From the NCBI RefSeq assembly GCF_006345805.1, contig NW_021832284.1, forward strand, positions 62,001 through 126,000: a DNA stretch of 64,000 bases, given 5' to 3'. The stretch is from Octopus sinensis (Eukaryota). Both the position numbers and the translations under genes were made by a program. Of the stretch, positions 1 through 13,460 are shown piece after piece (position 1 is the first letter of the stretch; the number at the start of each line of letters is the position of its first letter). The notes below the pieces were generated by a model. It did no database searches. It saw only the letters and a list, made by a program, of their open reading frames with translations, and was not told the DNA's origin.

Positions 1-675
1 TTCTGGATCTTACATCATTTTCACATATTAGTTCATTTAATATTGATATTTCCCCTCTCATAAATTCAATCTTTTTTTTTCAATTTTACTTCTCCAGGTT
101 TGATTTCTTCCCAGGTTTTGTTTTCTTTGTTTTTTCGGGGGCATACAGCTGGTTTCAATTGCCCTAGCAGAAGCGTAAATAATTTCATTTAACTCAGTAA
201 AATCAGGTTTTAATTCTCGTATTATTTCATTTGTTACATAGTTGCCAATTTGGATTTGTTTTTTATTTTGGTTTGTATTTGAGAGTTTATGAAGCGGTTC
301 TCTATCATTCATACTTGTATGTCTTACAACTTCAAGCGTATTCAGGATTTTCTGCCTCATTTCTGCCATAGACTCTCTGTGTTCTTCAGCAAATGCGAGA
401 ACTTCAGTTACTGTTGTTTTTTCGTTTTCCTGGCTATCTTTAACAGGTACAATAGAATTTCTTGTATCTTCAGGCCTTTGCGTACTTTGGTCAGATGGCA
501 GTCTTTCAATTAAGCCTCGTGGCGGGCTATACTGTTCATCTGATTCTTCATTTCCTTTGTGTCTTATATTTATGTCATTTTCCGTTGCGTGCTTGATCGC
601 ACTTATTTCACTGTCTGTGAGTCTGTTATTTCTAAAGATATCCCTCCTCACATTTGCTAATTTGTTCTTGTCCAA

Positions 676-676
<1 letters not shown>
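1..676 (-). mobile_element. R4/Dong-clade non-LTR retrotransposon, N-terminal ORF part, runs off the left edge
   Basis: LDKNKLANVRRDIFRNNRLTDSEI resembles the Dong/R4 N-terminal motif; starts directly after (TAA)n. Confidence 0.65.
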
Positions 677-741
<65 letters not shown>

Positions 742-758
742 TTATTATTATTATTATT
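677..758. repeat. (TAA)n microsatellite (second tract at 2373-2458)
   Basis: Direct reading. Confidence 0.97.
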
Positions 759-2372
759 CAGTAGTTTTATTTTTATAGCGTGCTTTCACTTCACTACCGA
801 GCGCAGCTCTGTGTGCCTTGGGTATGTGCTGTGATTTGTTGTGATGCTCTGATGGTTATTGTATGGAAAGTGCTCTGCGTAGGATGTGTGCAGTGCCTAG
901 TAGTGCAATTTTCTGTATGATATATGTGTTTGTAAGTCCTGGTGTTTTTGTTATGTATTTGTCTGAATATTTTTTTATCATGCCTAATGCACCTACTATG
1001 ATAGGAATTGTTTCTGTTTTCAGATTCCACATTCTAGTTACCTCTATTTCCAGGTCTTTGTATTTTGAGAGTTTCTCCATTTCTTTTAGAGACACGTTGT
1101 CATCTGCCGGTATTGATAGATCAATTAGAAAGCATTTTTTTTCTTCATGATCTCTGACAACTATATCTGGTCTGTTGGCCTTAATTTCTCTATCTGTGTG
1201 TATCGGCATATCCCAGAGTATGGTTGCTTTCTCGTTTTCTGTAACCTTTTCTGGTGTGTGCCTATACCATCTTTTTTCTGTTATTATTCCATAATGTTGG
1301 CATGGCTTCCAGTGTATGTAGGTTCCAACTTTGTCATGTCTGTGAATGTATTCCTTCTTAGCCAGGACTGGGCAGCTAGAGATAATATGATTTATTGTTT
1401 CTTGTCCATCTCCACATATTCTGCAGTTACTTGTAATATTTCTTTTCATTACATGTTTTTGGTAATTTCTGGTGGGGAGGCTTTGGTCTTGTGCTGCAAT
1501 TAAAAATCCCTCTGTTTCTGCTTTGAGTCCTGAGCTTCTCAACCATTGCTGGGATCTTTCTTTGTCTATTTCTTTTGCGTTTAGTTTAGTGCAGTATTTA
1601 CCATGAAGGGGCTTTTCTTGCCATCGTTTTATCATGGTTCGTTGCTGTTCTATTTTTAGTTTGGATTTCATTTGTTTTATAGCTTTTGTTGTTTCTTCAT
1701 CATCTTCTTCTTCTTCTTCTTCGTGTTTATTAGGTGGTATGATTTCTTGTTTGTATTTGTCAGCTTCCTTAAATACTGAGAACAGTTTTTTGTTTTGCTC
1801 GTGTTTTGCTGCTATCTGGATCAGTTTTCCTTCCTTCTGAAGTAGGTATTTTTGCAGTCCTATGGTGGTTATTTTATAGTAGTTTTCCAGCTGTATAAGA
1901 CCTCTACCACCTTCTATACGTTGTATATATAGTCTTTCTATGTCAGATTTTGGGTGATGCATCCTAGATCCTGTCAGTATTTTTCTTGTTTTCCTATCTA
2001 TTTTGGACAGTTCATTTCGTGTCCAGTTAAGGATATTGTAGCTGTAACTTATAACTGGGACAGCTAAAGTGTTGATACCTATTATCTTGTTTTTAGCATT
2101 GAGCTCTGTTTTTAGTATTGATCTAACTCGTCTATAATATTCTTTTTTTATTTTCTCTTTCATTTGTGTGTGTTGTGTCTTATCTAGTTCATGGATTCCT
2201 AAGTATTTGTAAGTTTGGCTTTGGTCTAATTCTTTTATTTCATTGGTTTTATCTAGTGTGATGTTGTTACTTTTAACTAGTTTTCCTCTTTTCATGGTTA
2301 CTTTGGCGCATTTTTCTAATCCAAATTTCATATCTATTTCTTTGGTAAATCCATGAACTGTCTTTAATAGTT
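759..2372 (-). mobile_element. 5'-truncated R4/Dong-clade LINE (RT C-part, CCHC knuckle, restriction-like endonuclease)
   Basis: 491-aa open ORF: MKFGLEKC, YKYLG, GGRGL, CRICG..ETINHIISSC, RPDIVV..KCFLIDLSIP; (TAA)n on both sides. Confidence 0.92.
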
Positions 2373-2374
2373 TA

Positions 2375-2460
<86 letters not shown>

Positions 2461-4099
2461 GGCGGCGAGCTGGCAGAATCGTTAGCATGCCGGGCAAAAT
2501 GATTACCAGCATTTCGTTCCTTTTTAACGTTCTGAGTTCAAATTCTGCCGAGGTCGATTTTGCTTTTCATCCTTTTGAGGTCGGTGAAATAAGTACCATC
2601 GCTTGACAACCGACGGTGTGTGGAGGTAGCAAACACAGACACAAGTAACAAATACATACATATATACGACGGGCCTCTTTCAGTTTCTGTCTACTCACAG
2701 GGATTTAATCAACCCGAGGCACTTGCCCAAGGTGCCACACAGTGGGACTGAACCCAGAACCATGTGGTTGAGAAGCAAGCTTCTTACCACACAGCCACTC
2801 CTGTGCCTAGTAGAAAAACTAAAAGTTTATTAATATTTTGCTCTGATACAGGGCCGCTTAAGAAAGTAATCTGGCTGCTGCGAAATCCTGTTTGAAAATT
2901 GGTGTGGATTGTAAAGAGATCCTGGATCATGAGTGTCGGTATTTTTAATGTTGTATCTATTTTTCATATTTGATTAATGAAAGGTGGCGAGCTGGCAGAA
3001 ACATTAGCACGCCAGGCGAAATGCTAAGCGGTATTTCGTCTGTCGTTACGTTCTGAGTTCAAATTCCGCCGATGTCGACATTGCCTTTCATCCTTTCGGG
3101 GTCGATAAATAAAGTACCAGTTTCGCATTGGGGTCGATGTAATCGACTTTATCCCTTTCTCTGTCCTTGTTTGTCCCTTCTATGTTTAGCCCCTTGTGGG
3201 CTATGACAGGGAAATATTAAAAAAAACATGTTCAAAAATATATTAAATATATTAAGTGGAGGCACATGGCCTATAGGTTAGAGCAGTGTACTCGCGGTCG
3301 AGGGAACACGGGTTCGAATTTCACACTGGGCGATGAATGTTCTTATGAGCGAAACACCTAAAGCGGCTCTGGCAGAAAGTAATGGCAAACTTCTGCTGAA
3401 TTTCGCAGCAACTTTCTCTCACTCTTTCTTCCTGCATCTAGACGCTCACCTGCTACGGATCAGCGTCACGTCCAGGTGAGGAACCTATACGCAAATGAAA
3501 CCCGGAAACAGAGAAGGAACGAACAACATACATATATTAAAATGTCGCATTTCACATTACTACATTATTTATTAGCACACTGAGCGAAATGCTTAGCAGT
3601 ATTTCGCCCGTCGCTACGTTCTGAGTTCAAATTCCGCTGAGGTCGATTTTGCCTTTCCTCCTTTTGACATCGATAAATTAAATACCAACGAAATCGATTT
3701 GTCCCCTCCCCCAAAACTTCAGGTCTTATGCCTATAATAGGAAGGACTATTTGTCTGCTCTAGTAAACTTACATCGCAGGAGATACAACGGTCAGGAAAC
3801 AGTATACGATGCTCTTCATTTATATATGCATGCGTGTAGACTTTGCGTTTGTGTGTATGTGTAGGTGAATGTATGTATTTGTATAATCGTGTATATGGTG
3901 TATATTTAAATGTGTATATTTCTCTGTGAATGTATATATGAATTCCAGTATTTTGATAGGAGCGAAGTCACCGCAAGAACGAAGTTCTAGATTGTTGAAT
4001 TCTTTGGGAAAATCAATTGAGAAATAATCTTTGTTGCTATAGGCACAGAAACTATTATTGTACGAATATTTGATAAACGTTCTATTTTTTAACAAGGCT

Positions 4100-4985
4100 G
4101 ACGATTTTTAGGGGACTGGCTCGACTGGTCCCTTATTTCATCGACACTGAAAGAATGAAAGGCTAAGTCAGTCACGGCAGAATTCAAGTTCAGAACATAA
4201 AGAGGATTCTGTCAATATTGATTTCAAATTTTGGTACAAGGCCAGCATTTTCCTGGAGGTTGTAAGTCGAGTGCATCGACCCCATTACTCAACTGGTATT
4301 TATTTTGTTGAGCCCGAAATGATAAAAGTCAAAGTCGACCATGGCGGAACTTGAACGCAGAACGTGAAGACGGACGACATGCCTATTTATTTACTACCCA
4401 CAAGGGGTTAAACACAGAGGGGACAAACAAGGACAGACAAACGAATAAAGTCGATTGCATCGACTCCAGTGCACAACTGGTACTTAATTTATCGACCCCC
4501 GAAAGGATGAAAGGCAAACTCGACCATGACGGAATTTGAACTCAGTATGTAACGGCAGACGAAATACCTATTTCTTTACTACCCACAAGGGGCTAAACAT
4601 AGAGTGGACAAACAAGGACAGACAAAAGGATTAAGTCGATTACATCGACCCCAGTGCGTTTCTGGTACTTGATTTATCGACCCCGAAAGGATGAAAGGCA
4701 AAGTCGACCTCCACGGAATTTGAACTCTCAACGTAACGGCAGACGAAATACCTATTTCTTTACTACCCACAAGGGGCTAAACACAGAGAGGACAAACAAG
4801 GACAGACAAAAGGATTAAGTCGATTACATCGACCCCAGTGCGTAACTGGTACTTATTTAATCGACCTCGAAAGGTTGAAAGGCAAAGTCGACCTTGGCGG
4901 AATTTGAACTCAGAACGTAACGGCAGACTAAATACCGCTAAGCATTTCGCCCGGCGTGCTAACGTTTCGGCCAGCTCGCCGCCTT
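4100..4985 (-). mobile_element. Head-to-tail multimer of tRNA-derived SINE family A (ggcggcgagctggcagaa...)
   Basis: One full head at about 4983 plus 3-4 repeated bodies of about 180 bp; B-box GTTCAAATTCC. Confidence 0.85.
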
Positions 4986-5595
4986 ATGAATATTCAATAT
5001 TAACATCATTCCAACCATTGTCAAGGCAGTGTATTAACCGTCTCTTTCCACCTGTCTATCATTGTTGGTTTCAGGTTTTCTGTATTTGCTGTTTGTGTAT
5101 CCAACTTGTTCAAATTTCTTTGCGCTCAATGCTTTTTTTTTTTAATCTCAAATATCATGCAAAGCATATTTTATTATTTATCAATTCAAACCCCGGTGTG
5201 ATGGCAGAGTCTTATTTTATTGAACCCCCTTTCGGTGACCTGCTGGCAGAAGAGAGCAAAGATTTGATAAAGATTGATCCACTGAGAATAGAATATACTG
5301 GGTGTGTCATATACATTTACCCATTATGTAAACAATTAATTATCCATTATTCAAACATAAATCAAAGCAGTCTTATTCGTAAACATAGTTGCAGATGTTG
5401 CATAACGTTTATTAACGTTCTTTTGTTTTATTGTTCGCCCTTAATTAAATATGGTGGCTCATACAACACGTGAACAAATTGTAGCATTGAAAATGGCTGG
5501 GATAAAGGATTATAAAGTGAAAATGGCAACTATAAATAGTTAAGGGCTATAGTGAAAGCAAAGGAGACGATTTTGAATTGTAAATATGTGTAAAA

Positions 5596-5987
5596 CTAGC
5601 AGTATCTCCCGGCGTTGCTCGGGTTTGTTTCGACCCTTTAGAATTGGAATTTTTGAAAAGTAAAAATTGTCCATTATGTAGCTTGTTATTCTCTTTAAGT
5701 GAACATTTTTCTGGTTGAAATACACCGAAAAATAATGACACAGCAGTCAAAAAATCGTAAAAAATAGGGATTTTCATAGAAAAAAAGTACCTTTTTGATG
5801 TAACTAATTTTTGGTGTTAACATGGTTCGATTTGAATTTTTTCTACTATGGAAGGAAGAGCAAGCCTACTTCTATCATACTCTCAATTTTGGTCAACTTG
5901 CGCCGCAGGGTCTCGGAGGAGATAGTGTTAGTTGAAGCCTACAAAACCTGCCATACACAGACAACTTCAGCTTTATATAGAGAGAGA
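5596..5987 (-). mobile_element. Non-autonomous Helitron
   Basis: Minus strand starts TC and ends with hairpin cccgagcaacgccggg then CTAG; inserted between A and T; no TSD. Confidence 0.8.
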
Positions 5988-6309
5988 TTAATAATATACG
6001 TATATCACAATCAAGCTCTCCATTTTCATCATCCAAGACCTAGAACTTTATATTGTATGATAAAATAAGTAATGGCTAAATGCGAGTATATAAACCGCCC
6101 TCACTATATGAGAAAAGCAAAACACAACATATTGATGTTCATAAGCATATGAAATACTAGCAGGTTTAATAGGGAACTAGAACAATGTACGACTTGAATT
6201 TAATTTTGCAGTGCTCTGGGCTATGATTTATATTGTATTACGATTCATCGTTCAGATTCCATGTGTTAGCTTTCGCAATTTAGTAAATTTATCAAAAAGA
6301 CGGTAAGCA

Positions 6310-6825
6310 GGCAGAATTGTTAGCACGCCGGGCGAAATGCTTAGCGGTACTTCGTCTGCCGCTACGTTCTGAGTTCAAATTTCGCCGATGTCGACTTTGC
6401 CTTTCATCCATTCGGAGTCGATAAAGTAAGTAACAGTTACGCACTATGGTCGATGTAATTGACTTAATCCGGTTGTCTGTCCTTGTTTGTCCCCTCTGTG
6501 TTTAGCCCCTTGTGGGTAGTAAAGAAATAGGTACTTCGTCTGCTGCTACGTTCTGAGTTCAAATTCCGCCGAGGTCGACTTTGCCTTTCGAGGTTGGCCA
6601 GTTACGCACCGGGGTCGATATGATCGACTTAATCCGTTTGTCTATCCTTGTTTGTCCCCTCTGTGTGTAGCCCTTTGTGGGCAATAAAGCAATAAGAATC
6701 GTTAGCACGCCGGGCGAAATGCTTAGCGTTATTTTTTCTGTGCTTACGTTCTGAGTTGGAATTCCGCCGAGGTCGATTTTTCCTTTTGAGGTGGATAAAA
6801 TAGGTACCGGTTGGGCAACTTTACT
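6310..6825 (+). mobile_element. SINE family A multimer
   Basis: Repeated SINE-A bodies; paralog at 20587-21480. Confidence 0.8.
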
Positions 6826-6829
6826 CCTG

Positions 6830-7000
6830 GATATGAGTGTAAAAGCTGCACACCTCTGCCAAGTCATGTCAATCCAGTGTGCCAGAATACGATCACCAAA
6901 CCAGTATGTTCTCAAGTTCAAAATCACGGCCTCCACCTCAGACCGTGGTTGTTGGAGAGAATATGCTGAGGCCTTCGTCCTTCATGTGGACTGAACATGG
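6830..7000 (+). mobile_element. RTE-clade LINE 3' end fragment (paralog at 21480-21660)
   Basis: TASTSDRGCWREYAEAFVLHVD* resembles the RTE C-terminus DR..WR...EAFV. Confidence 0.5.
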
Positions 7001-7114
7001 CCAAAGAAAAAAAAGAAAGAATACGATTTATCAGTTGAAGCTTAAGCATTCGATCGAAATTTTAACAAGATCGATAGAACAAGAGAATCGATGACCCAAC
7101 TCTCCTATCACTAA

Positions 7115-7447
7115 AAGGGTAAAGACCCACTTCAGTTATGACTGACCATGGGATTGTACCTACAAAGTCACCCTCCGTGGCACAAGTCTGGACAAGGTTT
7201 TTATGGAAGACCAGCAGTCACCCATGCATACCAGCCTCCTCCTCTCCACACCACAAAGGGAAAGGAAAAGGCCGATACAGCTTGGCACCAGTGACGTGGC
7301 AGCACATTGCTACAGCTGAGTGAACTGGAGCAACATGAAATAAAGTGTCTTGCTCAAGAGCACAACACACAGCCCTGGTCAGGAATCGAACTCACTACTT
7401 CATGATTGTGAGTCCGATGCTCTAACCATTGACCCATGCGCTTCAAC
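7115..7447 (-). mobile_element. tRNA-derived SINE family D (paralog at 21775-22095)
   Basis: Minus strand head gcgcatgggtcaatggttagagcatcgg...gagttcgattcc followed by ttgagcaagacact core-like block. Confidence 0.75.
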
Positions 7448-7695
7448 ACTAAGCAATATATTATGGACAACTAAGGATTAAGTACTTACGAGCTGTTACG
7501 TGAATAACAATACAAAATCTAGGTAAATATATAAAAACACGAAACATCAAATTATTTGTTTTGTGATTATAAATCGGTATTTATCGGAAATAAACAACCT
7601 GCCGGAGTGCAAAACACAAGTTTTATATAAATATATATACATATATTTGCGCACGCATGTATGTTTATGTGTGTGTATGTTTGTGTGTGTGTGTG

Positions 7696-7745
<50 letters not shown>

Positions 7746-7769
7746 AGGGAACAGCTTTTCTTTTGCACA

Positions 7770-8185
7770 GGCGCAGGAGTGGCTGTGTGGTAAGTAGCTT
7801 GTTTACCAACCACATAGTTCCGGGTTCAGTCCCACTGCGTGGCACATTGGGCAAGTGTCTTCTACTATAGCCTCGGACCGACCAAAGCCTTGTGAGTGGA
7901 TTTGGTAGACGGAAACTGAAAGAAGCTCGTCGAATGTATGTATATATATATATATGCGTGTGTGTGTTTGTGTGTCTCTGTTTGTCCCCCTAGCATTGCT
8001 TGACAACCGATGCTGGTGTGTTTATGTCCCCGTTACTTAGCGGTTCGGCAAAAGAGACTGATAGAATAAGTACAGGGCTTACAAAAGAATAAGTCCCGTA
8101 GTCGAGTGGCTCGATTAAAGGCGGTGCTCCAGCATGGCCGCAGTCAAATGACTGAAACTAATAAAAGAGTAAAGAGAGAGTAAAG
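7770..8185 (+). mobile_element. tRNA-derived SINE family B (ggcgcaggagtggctgtgtgg...); further copies at 22429-22845, 30551-30960 and minus-strand 23310-23735
   Basis: A/B-box-like head, ttgggcaagtgtctt CORE-like block, (gagtaaa)n tail. Confidence 0.85.
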
Positions 8186-8854
8186 GGATATAATATTCAA
8201 AAACACGACTATGTTCATGTTTGATGTTTTTTGTGTATACATATGTATATATGTTCACGTTTGATGTTTTTTATATGGTTTTTGTTTGTTTATATATGTC
8301 GTAAATCTTTATGAGTTCTTTATGTTTGGTCTGGAACAACAGCGATTGTTAATCCTATAGTTTGATACTCCGAGCCTTTTTTTTATCGTCTTAATCTTAA
8401 AATAAACTATTGTAATCGCGTGTTGTCCGTATGATCTGCATAAAGTTGCAAAACGTCTTGGCAATAATTTTATAACTGATAAAATTATTAACTCCGAATT
8501 TAAAATTATACACCGTTAAATCCAGATAGATTTCAAGATATGATTTTTTTAACACTTTTTTTATTATTTTTCATTATATATTTAAGTGTTAAGCATTTGT
8601 GTGCTTAATTTATTGAGTATTTCGCTATTTTTATTCCTTTTCTTTTATTCATTTATTTGTTTCAGTCATTTGACAGCGGCCATGCTGGAGCACCGCCTTT
8701 AGTCGAGCAAATCGACCCCAGGACTTATTCTTCTTAAGCCTAGTACTTATTCTATCGGTGTAGCTTGCCGAACCGCTAAGTTAGGGGGACGTAAACACAC
8801 CAGCATCGGTTGTCAAGCGGTGTTGGGTGAACAAACACAGACACAAACATATAT

Positions 8855-8887
<33 letters not shown>

Positions 8888-8930
8888 CATACACATATAT
8901 ATATACATATACATATATGTATATATATAT

Positions 8931-9224
8931 TAGAATAAATGAAGTAATCAGATCGCATGGTTCATATTTATAGATATTTATTTATATATTACATTTTTTA
9001 CATATATATCATATCATTCAGATCATATCATTCGGATTAGCGCTTTCTCCCAATCCAGTGGGGTTTTCAAATCAAAATTGATTTGAAAACCCCACTGGAT
9101 TGGGAGAAAGCGCTAATCCGAATGATATGATCTGAATGATATGATATATATATGTAAAAAATGTAATATATAAATAAATATCTATAAATATGAACCATCC
9201 GATCTGATTACCTCATTTTTTCTA
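8931..9224. repeat. Near-perfect 294-bp palindrome
   Basis: About 145-bp arms, 2-4 nt loop at 9076. Confidence 0.95.
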
Positions 9225-9267
9225 ATATATAATACCTGTACATCATCTCCAAACCTTCTAATATATA

Positions 9268-9373
<106 letters not shown>

Positions 9374-10090
9374 ATCAACTAATAAGGGTGAGAAAATTGG
9401 ATACTAATTTAATAGTACCATCAATTTAACACCAAGTGGCTTAGTGAATAAAAACCAGGAATACAATAAATTTTATACGTAAATATAAGAGGGTGACCAC
9501 TATGTGGTCGACTCTAGCACTAAAAATAGATCCGCTACGGTTTCAGCCACGAAGAATTGTTTCCGATGAAAGTTAGCACAACTATTAGCGTAAACGAACA
9601 GGGCAAATAAAAAATAACAAAAATGCAAATCAATTCAGGACAATTGTTTCGCTATTAATAAATTATATAATTTTACTCACATAACATATCTGTAGCTCCT
9701 CAGCTGAATTTGTCTAGAATACAATTTACTCAACCGCATGCCAGATTTTACCATAACGATAAACACGCATGCGGTCCAGTCGATTGCATTCGCCGTTATA
9801 ATTCAAATGCCCCCGCCAAAGCCCGCCAAAATTCACGGAAACAGATACTACGTGGCACATTGGGCAAGTGACTTCTACTATAGCCTCGAGCCGACCAAAG
9901 CCTTATGAGTGGATTTGGTAGACCGTCGTATATATATGTATATATATATATATACATATATATATACGACGGTCTACCAAATCTACACACAAGGCTTTGG
10001 TCGGCTCGAGGCTATAGTAGAAGTCACTTGCCCAATGTACCACGCAGTGGGACTGAACCCGGAACTATGTGGTTGGTAAGCAAGCTTCTT

Positions 10091-12307
10091 TATTTCATTA
10101 CATTTGCCATGAAGGCAGTACATAGAGTAAAGTAGCTTTGCGGGCTGGATGAGGACATTAATGAAATGAATGATAATGAAAGAAAGATGATAAGGATGGG
10201 AGAAGACAAAAAGCGCCCGCCGACTTCTGCTGCTCTAAAACATTGTTCTTTAAAATCAAACACAAAACGAGGTATTAAACCTCTTACAACTTTTACAACT
10301 ATTACATATAATATAAATACAATACACAAAGCCCCTCCTCCCAGACCTGGCTTACACTTCCCTTAGGAATGCGCCAGCTCTAGGTCGGGGCCTCTCAAGT
10401 CGTATCTAAACATGTCCTATCAAACGTAAAAAATACATTATCACTTCTCCGTTCCTCCTCTTTCTGGACCTCCAGTCAAATATCTAGCCGCCTGCAGAGC
10501 AAACCACGTTGACTGCCGGGGAGTTCAGAAAGAAAGCAAAGTGCCTATTATCAAATGTTTGTGTCACACAGTGCCACAATTTATGACTCATCCTCAAAAT
10601 AACTTGTGCCCGCATCCTCTGCCATCCTCCACGCCTCTACCAAAACCACATCGAGTTCCGTGTTAGCGTTGCCCGGGAACAAGCCATATTCCTCATTGAG
10701 CTCCTTCAGCTCAAACGTCACGTCGAACGTCGTGGCCTCCACAGCTATCTGCGGAGGCCATTCGGGGTCCTGTGTGAAGACTGAAGGTGCTCCCTTATGG
10801 TGCTTTTCCATCACCTTTTCAATCTCTCCGCCTCTATGGAAGAAGATCAATATATCGTCTTTCTCCGGGGGCGGGATATTCAATTCTTTCATTGGCGGCA
10901 CAGTTCCCGGCCAACGGTGTTTCTTCTCCTGTCGGTGGCACAATCCCAACCTTCTTCCTCTTTCGGCCCCTGTTCGAGGAGTCCTCCGCTTCCTCGGCCG
11001 TCTTCATTCCCTCTTCTACAGGGGTCTCACTTAACTGCTTCGGGATCTTATTTTGTTCCCGGGGACAGTTTTACTTTATATGGCCGGACTCCAGGCACCG
11101 ATGACACCTGGGGGTGGGCCGACCCTCAAGTAACACCGGGTCCCTGCACCCGGCCATTTTCAAAAAATCTGGAAAAACCAGATTGGCTGGTTGGGTCCAA
11201 AGGATCAAAATTGCTTTTCACCCAACCCAAACAGCCGCAGGAAGAAATTTCACATTAAGGAGCTTGGTCCCGCTGCCACCCAGACCCCGGCGGATAGTCT
11301 CCTCTATCCACTCGGGTTTTATCACGGGGGGCAGCCCGCAGATCCAAGCTTTCGTCAACCTCTTCCCATGATACGTGGGAAGAAATAAAATTTCCTTACC
11401 CTCCAGGGGTTGACTAGCAAATTTGCGAGCCTCTTCAGGGGTGTCAAGTAGCAACCACACCGTTGCATATCTGACACCCCTGGAATTGAATTTAATTGTT
11501 GGCAAATACTCTGCCAACTCCTTTTCAATTGCCGTCTTTTCGAGTAGGGCGATGGTTTCGAGTGCCTTGGAGTAGGTTCTCAATACCACCGTCCTATCTT
11601 CACGGTCTTTTAACCACCTTTTAGGCGGTATAATCTCCCATTCCAAAATTTTGTCATTTTTCATTGCCATGTTTCTTTTCTTTTTTTTTAAATATATTCA
11701 AAATAAAACTTAAAAAGCGAGAAAAATAAATTAAAAGAAAGTCACAATAAACAAAAAGGAGAAAGTCAAATAAAGTTTAGAAGAAAGTCAATAGTTCAGG
11801 AACACAGCAGAAAAAAAATCTTCTGGCCATTCGGTACTCCCGGCCTAGGTTGAACTCGAAACGCCACAACTGGAACACAACTTCCACAAAAATTGATATA
11901 CAAATTGTTCAATCTTCGGAGGCAAAGCACTCCCTCATACAGCAGTTCTTACAATTATTAAAGTTCTTCAAATGGTACAATACAAGCAATAATTCTCATA
12001 CTTAAGTGAGAAAAATATTCACTCAACGTAAACCGAAGACGAGGATACGCCCCACCAAAAAATGAATCCAATAGATTCTCAATGCACAAAAACAGCAGCC
12101 GCCGAGAGCAGGCGAAATTGTGCAAGAGCTGGGCACAATTTACTGAAAAAATGATTCGCATGCGATAAATTATGCCCAGCTCACAATAAACAATCACCTA
12201 CCTCGACAAACTTCTGTTTTTGTTCTTTTTTTTCTTTTTAGGACGGAGCTCAACGCTCACGTCCTCACCGTTCTGTGTCAAGGAATCGACTCCACGACCG
12301 GAACCGA
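10091..12307 (-). mobile_element. ORF1-only (HAL1-like) non-LTR retroelement, full length, 13-bp TSD
   Basis: TSD AAGCAAGCTTCTT at 10078-10090 and 12308-12320; ORF1 from ATG 11670 with RRM-like region and CHRCLESGHIK*NC knuckle (11065-11106), stops and frameshifts; 3' UTR ends AATAAA; no RT. Confidence 0.8.
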
Positions 12308-12544
12308 AAGCAAGCTTCTTACCACACGGTCACTCCTGCGCTCCTATTAGTAAAGTTGCTGCAATTATTCTCATTAAATGTGGAATTCAATATAAATCTT
12401 GATGTACTGTGAACTCACATACCACATTATTATGAGTTGAAATGGCTCCTTGTTGTAAATGTATGGTCTAGCAGCAGGAAGCATCGCCCTTGTTAGTCTG
12501 GCGTAGGTATTTGACTTATGTAAATTACATCACTTTGGTCCATG

Positions 12545-12720
12545 AAATCCTCACAACGGCGAACAAAAAGAAAGCTGAGAGACATAACCATGTAAGAAGT
12601 TGCGGTGGTCTTGCAAGGACAATTCTGCATGGAAACAAAGAGTTAAGAAAAAAGAAGAAAGGCAGACAAAGGTAAAAATGAAAGGAAAACTTCAAGGAAT
12701 GGAAAGACGAATCCTGCACG
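12545..12720 (+). mobile_element. RTE-clade LINE fragment (paralog at 23945-24065)
   Basis: ILTTANKKKAERHNHVRSCGGLARTILHG..KKKGRQR resembles the RTE C-terminal HV.R..GLAKTILQG...GRQR. Confidence 0.6.
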
Positions 12721-13225
12721 GTGAGCTAAGATGTGGCACACAGCTGCGACTGATGGAGAAGATTAGTATATACTATGTCACATCATCGGAATTTAAGGTC
12801 CCACGTAACCAATGCACACACATAAATACTAATAATACGTGTGTGTGTGTGTGTGTGTAAGTTTTGGGATTTGGTTTACAAGATTCTTTATGTGAGTTCG
12901 TGTATTGAAGTTTATTTTGTTGTCTGGGGAGAGGTATTCCCTTTTAGTGTCTTATTATTTAACGCACTCACCGGTAAAGTTTCCCCTCATTTCCTTTATT
13001 TTTCTTAAAATTTTTCATACGTAGACCCACACACATGCGCACAAACAAACAAAAAGAACGCAACTCGGACAACGGACAATGTCAACGACTATTGAAAAGG
13101 TCGTAAGCCGCAACGAAAATTTAAAAAAATAAATAAGTAAATGAGTGGACACTTTATCGGTGAAATGTTAAATAATAAGGCACTAAAAGAGAATGACTCG
13201 CCCCAAACACAACAGTACACAACAT

Positions 13226-13287
<62 letters not shown>

Positions 13288-13288
13288 C

Positions 13289-13351
<63 letters not shown>

Positions 13352-13352
13352 C

Positions 13353-13391
<39 letters not shown>

Positions 13392-13420
13392 CAGATAGAT
13401 AGATAGATAGATAGATAGAC

Positions 13421-13459
<39 letters not shown>

Positions 13460-13460
13460 C

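Noticed and set aside
4838-5473. 211-aa plus-strand ORF
   Set aside because: Starts inside an antisense SINE, has no recognisable domain and no convincing splice pair
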